NCBI GenBank assembly: GCA_964514965.1
Contig: CAZETV010000001.1
Coordinates: 963,063 to 995,062 of the forward strand
Reading direction: 5' to 3'
Length of the DNA: 32,000 nucleotides
Origin: Candidatus Hadarchaeota archaeon
Lineage (GTDB): Archaea > Hadarchaeota > Hadarchaeia > Hadarchaeales > Hadarchaeaceae
Positions 22,235 through 29,602 of the stretch are shown one piece after another. Made by a program: the position numbers and the translations under genes. The notes below the pieces were generated by a model. That model ran no database searches and was not told the DNA's origin. It worked only from the letters and a program-made list of their open reading frames with translations. Position 1 is the stretch's first letter, and the number at the start of each line of letters is the position of its first letter.

Positions 22235-23971
22235 GTGGAAACTATGCGGGAAGTTAATGCTGGCCGCAACAGAGAGGTCATTTCGCTCAAATTCAGCGGT
22301 GCGCCTACATCTCTTGGCGTTAGTATCGGCAAGACAAAAGTCTATAAGCGAGAAAGTGGGGAGGAAAAAAAAGAGCCCGTAGAAAGCGACAAAGAACTGG
22401 GTAAAGTTAGGAAAGCTATCTCAAAGTCGATACATCAGATAACGCAACTAAGAGAGGAAACATTTAAAAAATTTGGAGAAAGTAAGGCAAGGATTTTTGA
22501 CGCGCACTTGTTAATCTTAGACGATCCATCCTTAAAATCAGGCGTAGAAAAAAGAATTATTGAGGGCGAAGCTGCAGAGGTCGCTGTCCGGGAGGTTATG
22601 AACGAGATACGCAAAAGTTTCAGCTCGATGAAAAGTGAATACATGCGAGAAAGGGTTGAAGACATTGAAGACATCAAAATGAGGATACTGGGGAATTTAA
22701 GGGGGGCTGCAGGCACTTTCTTGACTCTAGAGGATAAAAGAGTGATAGTGGCGAAGGAACTCTTCCCGTCTGACACCGTGATGCTAAAGGATAAGGCCCT
22801 GGCATTCGTCACGGAAAAAGGGGGAAAAACTTCTCATGTTTCTATTATCGCCAGAACTATGGATATCCCTTGCGTGGTTGGCATTGATGGCATCTCGGCA
22901 AAGGCAAATGATGGAGACACGATCATAGTTGATGGAAATGATGGTACAGTGATTATTCACCCCACGCAAGAAGAACTTGACGTTTATCAACAGAAAATAG
23001 AACAAAATCTAATCTATAGGCGAGAACTTGAAAAAGGAAAATACGAGCCAGCTGTGACTAGAGATAGTAGAAAAATTGAAGTCACTGCTAACGTTGGAAG
23101 GCTGGAAGAAGTACCCAATGCTTTAGAAAAAGGGGCAGATGGGATCGGCCTTCTTCGAACGGAATTTCTTTTCCTAAACAGAAAAGTTCCCCCCAGCGAA
23201 GATGAGATAATAGAAGTTTTCAGGGAGATTGGGAAGAAAATGGGAGAAAAGCCCGTTATAGTGAGGACTCTGGATGTGGGGGCAGACAAGCTGCTCCCGT
23301 ATATAAAAGTAACCAAGGAAAATAACCCCTTTTTAGGAGTACGGGGGATAAGGCTTTGTTTTAAATCTGCAAAAGAAATCTTTAAAGGTCAACTAAGAGC
23401 GATTATCAAGGCAAGGAAATACTGCAATATCAAAGTAATGTTTCCGATGATCAGCACAGTTGAAGAGGTTAAGTTCGCCAAAAAAATTTTCAAGGAAGTA
23501 GCAAAAGAATTAGGGGTTCCAGCTGAAGAGATGGGAAAAATTGAGCTTGGCATAATGATCGAAACACCATCAGCAGCCCTAATATCGGATTCGCTCGCCG
23601 AGGATGTGGATTTCTTTAGTATTGGGACAAATGACTTAACTCAATATACTCTGGCGGCAGATCGAACTAACGAAAATCTTTCAGAATTATATAATCATCT
23701 TCATCCATCTGTGATTATGTTAATGGATATGACAATTAGATCTGCTCATAAAAGAGGGAAATGGGTAGGAGTTTGTGGTGAAATTGCTGGAGATTTCGAT
23801 GCTATCCCTCTTTTGATAGGTTTAGGTGTGGAAGAACTCAGCGTTGCATTTTCCCGAATTCCCGAAGTCAAGAATATGATTAGAAAAATTTCCGTTAGTG
23901 AGGCAAAAGAATTAGCAAGAAATGTTTTAAAAGCTAGAACAATTTCAACAGTTAAAAATATACTAAAATAA
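22235..23971 (+). CDS. ptsI: PTS Enzyme I (phosphoenolpyruvate-protein phosphotransferase)
   Basis: 578 aa. GAPTSLGVSIGKTKVY at the N-terminus, the GGKTSHVSIIARTMDIPCVVG phospho-His loop, GIGLLRTEFLF, FFSIGTNDLTQYTLAADR, and the VGVCGEIAGD catalytic Cys. Confidence 0.92.
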   Translation: METMREVNAGRNREVISLKFSGAPTSLGVSIGKTKVYKRESGEEKKEPVESDKELGKVRKAISKSIHQITQLREETFKKFGESKARIFDAHLLILDDPSLKSGVEKRIIEGEAAEVAVREVMNEIRKSFSSMKSEYMRERVEDIEDIKMRILGNLRGAAGTFLTLEDKRVIVAKELFPSDTVMLKDKALAFVTEKGGKTSHVSIIARTMDIPCVVGIDGISAKANDGDTIIVDGNDGTVIIHPTQEELDVYQQKIEQNLIYRRELEKGKYEPAVTRDSRKIEVTANVGRLEEVPNALEKGADGIGLLRTEFLFLNRKVPPSEDEIIEVFREIGKKMGEKPVIVRTLDVGADKLLPYIKVTKENNPFLGVRGIRLCFKSAKEIFKGQLRAIIKARKYCNIKVMFPMISTVEEVKFAKKIFKEVAKELGVPAEEMGKIELGIMIETPSAALISDSLAEDVDFFSIGTNDLTQYTLAADRTNENLSELYNHLHPSVIMLMDMTIRSAHKRGKWVGVCGEIAGDFDAIPLLIGLGVEELSVAFSRIPEVKNMIRKISVSEAKELARNVLKARTISTVKNILK

Positions 23972-24189
23972 TAAAATTTCTTTAGTTTTAAGCCAGAAAG
24001 TGTTCTTAATGTCCCATTTTCATCACTCGAATTTAATGGGCTCGACAGTTTTGAAAGAACAGCTAATCCATGCATTAGTCCATCCGAGATCGACTCTACT
24101 TGCTTCACTTCTAAAATTATTTGAGAAGTTTTTTAAGGCCCAAGGTAAAACTATTCCAATGAAAAATTAATGTATCCAGGGGTAACCTC

Positions 24190-25134
24190 ATGAAAAAAGT
24201 GCGAACTGTTTTAGGTTCTATCTCTCCTGAGACCTTAGGAATTACATCAATGCATGAGCATGTGATACTGCATAGGCCATGGTACGCGGATTCTGATGCT
24301 AATTTAGACGAGGTTAATGTCATGACCGACGAACTGATGTACTTTAAGAAGGCTGGTGGAAGTTCTCTCATAGAAAGTAGCACACCATTAAATTGGTCAT
24401 CAAAAAAACTTGGACAAGACCTGAATGATTTGGAAAATATATCTAAAAAATCTGGAATTAATATTATTCTTTCTACTGGATTTTATATTGAACCACTCAT
24501 TAACCCAATCGTGTATAAACTAGATGACGATGAGTTAGTCGAAAAAATAACTAAAGATATAAGTGAAGGTATAGAAGGAACTGGAGTCAAAGCGGGGGCC
24601 ATTAAGGTCGCCACAAGTTGGGGCCAGATAGCAAAAGTTGAAGAAAAGGTTTTGCGGGTTGCGGCGAGAGCGAGTCTAAATACAGGGGCACCAATTTTTT
24701 TACATACTAGCGTTGCAACAATGGGTATGGAAATTTTAGACATTCTGGAGAGTGAGGGAGTGGACCTTGCTCGAGTGGCTGTGGGTCATTTAGACGACAC
24801 TGCACGCATAGCTGAGAATTTTAATTCGGAGCTGGAATATCATGCGGCCATCGCTAAAAGAGGGGCATACGTCCAATATGACTCCGTTCATAAAACGAGA
24901 ACGATCCCTGATGCTCTGAGAGTTAATTTGATTGTAAACATGATTGAAAAAGGCTATGTAAAGCAAATAACATTGGGGCAAGATATTTCGAGGAAAAAAT
25001 ACTTGAAAACACATGGCGGGTATGGGTATTCTTCTCTATTGGAAGAGTTTGTTCCAGAATTATTGAATAATGGTCTTAAAGAAGAAGTCAATACAATTTT
25101 GGTTGAAAATCCGAAGAGGTTATTATCCTTTTAG
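24190..25134 (+). CDS. php: Phosphotriesterase homology protein (Php/YhfV-like amidohydrolase-fold metalloenzyme)
   Basis: 314 aa. VLGSISPETLGITSMHEHV carries the HxH metal motif. IFLHTS, VAVGHLD and ITLGQDI supply the later His, His and Asp ligands in the expected order. Confidence 0.78.
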   Translation: MKKVRTVLGSISPETLGITSMHEHVILHRPWYADSDANLDEVNVMTDELMYFKKAGGSSLIESSTPLNWSSKKLGQDLNDLENISKKSGINIILSTGFYIEPLINPIVYKLDDDELVEKITKDISEGIEGTGVKAGAIKVATSWGQIAKVEEKVLRVAARASLNTGAPIFLHTSVATMGMEILDILESEGVDLARVAVGHLDDTARIAENFNSELEYHAAIAKRGAYVQYDSVHKTRTIPDALRVNLIVNMIEKGYVKQITLGQDISRKKYLKTHGGYGYSSLLEEFVPELLNNGLKEEVNTILVENPKRLLSF

Positions 25135-25224
25135 CTTTAACACTCTCGCTCTTTATGCATAGAGACGAATTGCTTGGCAAGCTTTAGTTGCATTGATATT
25201 CCCTAACTAAATCATAAATTATAA

Positions 25225-26436
25225 TTAAAAATTGAATATTTCATTATAGAAACTTGCGCCGGACTCAGGGCGTTCCACGTTGAATACTTCAGCTATTGTA
25301 GCAGGTATGTCGGCCAAAGTTTTTCTGACCCCTAAGTTTACACCTATTTTTATATTTTCACCAGTTATCAAAAGAGGGGTATACTCCCTAGTGTGCCATT
25401 TATGCTTTGTGGGGTCATTGCCGTGGTCTGCCGTTATTATAAAAATATCTTGACTTTTCAAACGCTCTAATATTTTTCCAATACCCTTATCAACAATTTT
25501 CAACTTTTCAGCATATTTAAATGGGTCTTGTTCATGCCCCGCCAAATCGGTTTCTTGCACTGTTGCAGCGATAAATGTACTCTTATTTGATTTCATTTGC
25601 GCCAAGACAGAATTTAACACTTCATCTGTAGGGACTGCTGGTATTCTAATCGCAGTATCGCATTGTATCAAATCTTGTACTTTGCCTATCAATACGACAT
25701 TCACTCCATGCCTCCCGAGTATTGTTGGGATCTGTTTTTTTGAATCTATGCCGTAACCCATATGTCGGCACATGTAGTTCTCGTTATAAACTTCTAAAGC
25801 TGGGGTATCAACTCCAATTTTTCCACCGATTCCCTTTTTGACATTTTTTAAAATATCTCCCAAATCATAGCCTTTTGATCCAAATGCTATTACTCTAGCC
25901 ACTTTTACAGTCTCCCTAACTAATTTTTCAATTTTCATGACCTCATCAAAAGAAATATAGTCCAACGAGGCTGTCATATTGAAAACACTTCGATCAGGAT
26001 TAGTCTCAATATTATCTGCGATAACAACAGCTTCATTTACGGCCAAAATTGGTATTTTTGGGAGGGGGACCGTAACTTTATATCCTTCTTTTTCCAGTGC
26101 CTTTCTCACTTTTTTTAAATCTGTTCTGAATAGGTGTTTAATGGGGCGTTTTGGCTTAGTGCCCATTATTTCATTATGCCCATCAAATGTGTCGGCTCCG
26201 AAGTGCTTTAACATACATTTTCCAAAGCTGGCGATAGCGTTCTCGCCTACAGCGTTCATCCCGGGAATTTCATCTATATTCCCCATCCCCATTTTTTCAA
26301 AATTTCGAAGCTTCAAGCTTTTAACTTCTTTAGCTATGCTTCTTAGCGTGTTGGCACCTCTATCTCTCTTTGGTGCGTCTGGCATCTCGCCTACGCCAAG
26401 ACCATCGATAATTAGTAGAATCACTTTATTTCTCAT
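25225..26436 (-). CDS. Phosphopentomutase-fold metalloenzyme (YhfW/DeoB-like mutase)
   Basis: Track ORF ends at 26448. I prefer the ATG at 26436, after GGTGGAAATT. VILLIIDGLGVGEMPDA...GANTL at the N-terminus and IITADHGNDPTKHKWHTREYTPLLI at the C-terminus are the alkaline-phosphatase-superfamily mutase motifs shared with DeoB. YhfW versus DeoB cannot be resolved by eye. Confidence 0.72.
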   Translation of the reverse strand: MRNKVILLIIDGLGVGEMPDAPKRDRGANTLRSIAKEVKSLKLRNFEKMGMGNIDEIPGMNAVGENAIASFGKCMLKHFGADTFDGHNEIMGTKPKRPIKHLFRTDLKKVRKALEKEGYKVTVPLPKIPILAVNEAVVIADNIETNPDRSVFNMTASLDYISFDEVMKIEKLVRETVKVARVIAFGSKGYDLGDILKNVKKGIGGKIGVDTPALEVYNENYMCRHMGYGIDSKKQIPTILGRHGVNVVLIGKVQDLIQCDTAIRIPAVPTDEVLNSVLAQMKSNKSTFIAATVQETDLAGHEQDPFKYAEKLKIVDKGIGKILERLKSQDIFIITADHGNDPTKHKWHTREYTPLLITGENIKIGVNLGVRKTLADIPATIAEVFNVERPESGASFYNEIFNF

Positions 26437-26451
26437 AATTTCCACCAAAAG

Positions 26452-27639
26452 CTAATCAACGATTAAACTACCGTTTCCGTCAAATAGTCCTAGTATCTTG
26501 GGTTTGCCTCTTTGTATCCCATCAACCACTGCTATATTCGCCCTAGTAACGAACATTTGCGTTCTAAAAGAGAATATTACTGTGTCTCCAATTTTTACAC
26601 TAACTTTTGGTTTAAGGCGTAGCGTGGCATAATAATCTATGCTTCCTGGTTCAATATTTTCAACAAGCACTTTTCTTTCGGTTATTGTATCAGGATCACT
26701 GCTGACTAATGCTGCGTCTGGATTATGGCGGCTGTAGAATCCTCCTCCAAAGCAATAAGCTTTATTCCCTGATAAGTGGGAAACTTCGCTTACATACACA
26801 TAAGCTGGAATCTCGGGCTGATTTGTCAAGACATGTAAGGGCGTCGTTCCGGTTAAAGCGTGCCCTGGTTCTCCATGAGTTGCACCTTTTTCGGCTAATA
26901 ATGGTATCGTGGATGCACAGTTATCTTTAGGAGCGTTTATTTGCTGTATTTCAACGCTTAATCCTTTCTCTAATCTATCCGCGGCCCTCAGAATAGTATC
27001 AAAATTAGGGGTTGGCTCTATTCTCCCTAATTTTTCATTGTAAAACAAACATGGGAAACTAGTTACACCTACCACCTTTACATTTTCAAATCTATTTATT
27101 TTTTTAATTACATTGACAATTTTCTCTTCAGGAAAACCGCCTTCTTGATACGGATAAAAAAAGTCCTTTTTCCCCACAACTCGGACAAGCAAATTTTGCA
27201 TTAAATTTAGCTTCTTGGCGACTTTGGATATTTGTCGAGCTTTTTCTATGCTGAAGACTGTGATGACTTCAGGTTTCATTTTGAGAACATTTTCAACATC
27301 ACTTTTTGGTATCTGCACTAAATGGCCAACATGCCCTACAGGTATTCCGTGTTTATGCAATATTTTAGCTTCCTCCACGCTCACGGCTACAGCTTTCTCA
27401 ATACCAGAATTCACTATCGCCCGGGATACTATCGGGTTTCGTCCAAATTGTTTGCTCATAAAATAGAGTGAAATGTTTGCGTCATCTGCTGCCTTTTTTA
27501 TAATTCTTGCGTTATTTCTTATCGAATCTAAATCTATAACGTACGTATTGGGGGGAACTTGACCTTTTTGGTGCAATGCCGTTGATATTTTGATCAGCAT
27601 TAAGTTATTTCTGGTAGTCACATTTAGGAAATCAACCAA
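26452..27639 (-). CDS. Alanine-racemase-fold (fold-type III) PLP protein, YhfX-like
   Basis: 395 aa. YVIDLDSIRNNARIIKKAADDANISLYFMSKQFGRNP has the N-terminal barrel with the candidate PLP lysine in MSKQ. Size and position next to the mutase mirror E. coli yhfX-yhfW. Confidence 0.55.
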   Translation of the reverse strand: MVDFLNVTTRNNLMLIKISTALHQKGQVPPNTYVIDLDSIRNNARIIKKAADDANISLYFMSKQFGRNPIVSRAIVNSGIEKAVAVSVEEAKILHKHGIPVGHVGHLVQIPKSDVENVLKMKPEVITVFSIEKARQISKVAKKLNLMQNLLVRVVGKKDFFYPYQEGGFPEEKIVNVIKKINRFENVKVVGVTSFPCLFYNEKLGRIEPTPNFDTILRAADRLEKGLSVEIQQINAPKDNCASTIPLLAEKGATHGEPGHALTGTTPLHVLTNQPEIPAYVYVSEVSHLSGNKAYCFGGGFYSRHNPDAALVSSDPDTITERKVLVENIEPGSIDYYATLRLKPKVSVKIGDTVIFSFRTQMFVTRANIAVVDGIQRGKPKILGLFDGNGSLIVD

Positions 27640-27780
27640 GGTTGTTCGCCTCTTAATTCATGTTTTTGGCCCGCTTCATTTTTATTATTTACTTCTTAGG
27701 CCCCACTTCTTCTCCGGGAATTGTTCTGAAATCTAGGACGTTTTTCTGATGATCTGCGCGAAATAGCTTGTGCACCTGTA

Positions 27781-28155
27781 TTAAGCCAGGCCATGTTTCT
27801 TCAGCATGGCAGGAAGGGCAATTTGTAAAAACTTGTTGAGCGAGTCCGATGCAAATGCACTACCAAAAACTACTTTTCCATCCATCACCGCGTTTTCTAT
27901 TTCTTTTGGATTTAATTCTTTAACAATGAAGCATTTTTGATATCCCAAAATAGCTGTAGGGATAGCTAAAATTCCACTTCCAGTCCAACAGCAGCCAATT
28001 ATGTAATCTGCTTCACCATTTTTTAATAAATTTACTGCCTCTATTTCTGAAAGACCTATTAAAGATTCTACATTTTTATATGGTAACTTGTTCACTTCTT
28101 TAGCAGCTGATTCTTTACCCGCACCTATAAAAACGAGTTTAATTTTATTTTTCAA
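27781..28155 (-). CDS. Small DUF2620-like protein (YhfU-like)
   Basis: 124 aa. TTG start after AGAGGT. KLVFIGAGKESAAKEV...GEADYIIGCCWTGSG. Size and position between the two PLP-enzyme genes match E. coli yhfU. Homology is not verified. Confidence 0.45.
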   Translation of the reverse strand: MKNKIKLVFIGAGKESAAKEVNKLPYKNVESLIGLSEIEAVNLLKNGEADYIIGCCWTGSGILAIPTAILGYQKCFIVKELNPKEIENAVMDGKVVFGSAFASDSLNKFLQIALPAMLKKHGLA

Positions 28156-28167
28156 TTACTTAACCTC

Positions 28168-29289
28168 TTATTTTTTGATATCTTTAATAGACTCCTTAAG
28201 TATGCGGATAACGGTGTCAGGACCAGCCTGGAATGGAACCACTCTAAGCATGTAGTCCATTAATTCTGGAGCATATTCTTTGAATCTTTTTGACTCTGGG
28301 ACTATTGCTACGGTGGATTCATACCGTGACTCACAACCAACAAGGTGCGATTGAGCTCCGTATTTCCATACTTTATTCGAAACTTTTTCAGCGGTAGGTT
28401 CCTTAAGTTTAACAAGAATTTGTCTTATATGGGAGTTCGAAACAGCCGCCCAATCTACGCCATCAACTTCTCCATCATTAAGACGTTTGCAGACTTCGTT
28501 CACGACTCTATCCTGTATCGCTCGCAATACTGGCGCGTATACCAAGGATCTCAAGGTATCCATAGCTTCTGGCCCCTGAACTTGGCAACCCCCGGAATAA
28601 TTATCTTCATTTATTTTATCAATCAGTTTACACCCTTTCTCACTACCGGCCAAAACGAGGCCCATGCCCGGGGGCGCTAGAAGTTTGAATAATGAAAATG
28701 CTGATATGTCGGCCCCTAGTTGAACACCAATTTTTTCTACACGCATTGCGGCATAATCTTCGTCAGTCATAATTAGCGGGTCGTATTTAGTTGACTTGAC
28801 TGCATTTATTACTTCTTCTAAACGATATTTATCTGTAATTCTGTCGTACATATGGTCAATAAAAACTGCCTTTATATTTTCATTAATCACATTTTCCAAT
28901 CCATCTAACTTGTTGTAGTCCGAATAGGCGAGTTTGAGACCCATTATGCGTATCGTGGTCGATGTTGTTTTGTAAACAGGCCCATCATGGACAAGAATTT
29001 GATCCCCTGGATTAAGAGCGGCCATAAACATTGCTCGTATCGCCCCAGTCCCAGACCCTCTGACAAGAACCGCTGCTTTTACATCGAAAAATTCGGCCAG
29101 ACAATTTTCTACCTTGTTTGTAAAAATAGGTTTTCTTAGAGGCATTGCTAAACCGTAATCTCCCGCTTGTAAAATTTCAAGCCCATTAAAGTGGTCGCAT
29201 ATAGTATCGACAAGTTTAAACTGCATCTTAATGGCCTGTTCCAAAGAAAGTTGTTTGAAAGGATAAATTTTGACCATTTTTCTATCCAT
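28168..29289 (-). CDS. Fold-type I PLP-dependent enzyme, YhfS-like
   Basis: 373 aa. GGTGA precedes the ATG. AAVLVRGSGTGAIRAMFMAALNPGDQILV... and ADISAFSLFKLL (candidate PLP-Lys strand) fit the aminotransferase/SelA-like fold. Family placement is by context. Confidence 0.5.
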   Translation of the reverse strand: MDRKMVKIYPFKQLSLEQAIKMQFKLVDTICDHFNGLEILQAGDYGLAMPLRKPIFTNKVENCLAEFFDVKAAVLVRGSGTGAIRAMFMAALNPGDQILVHDGPVYKTTSTTIRIMGLKLAYSDYNKLDGLENVINENIKAVFIDHMYDRITDKYRLEEVINAVKSTKYDPLIMTDEDYAAMRVEKIGVQLGADISAFSLFKLLAPPGMGLVLAGSEKGCKLIDKINEDNYSGGCQVQGPEAMDTLRSLVYAPVLRAIQDRVVNEVCKRLNDGEVDGVDWAAVSNSHIRQILVKLKEPTAEKVSNKVWKYGAQSHLVGCESRYESTVAIVPESKRFKEYAPELMDYMLRVVPFQAGPDTVIRILKESIKDIKK

Positions 29290-29602
29290 TTATTTCACCA
29301 TCAATCTTCATATAAATACTTCTATTAATAGTTTGGGTTCTGTATAAATTATTATAATTTTTTATCATGGTACCGCATATGTATTGTGTTTTTAGATAAA
29401 AATTCCGAAAAATTTGAGTTCCGATAAGAATGAACAAACAGTTTTAATGAAAATATCGCGGTTTACTAAAGTAAATCGAGAAATCAAAAAACTCATGTCG
29501 GGTTGAAAGGTACCGCCCAGTGATAAGTTGCCTATTTTTTGGGGCATGAATTTCAAAGCTTGATTAAGATGAATTGAGAGAGATGTTTATTCTTGAATTT
29601 TT

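Noticed and set aside
24009-24170. 53-codon ORF (MSHFHHSNLMGSTVLKEQLIHALVHPRSTLL...) in the ptsI-php spacer
   Set aside because: It has no ribosome-binding site, no recognisable motif, and I have no conservation information. It is recorded only as a possibility.
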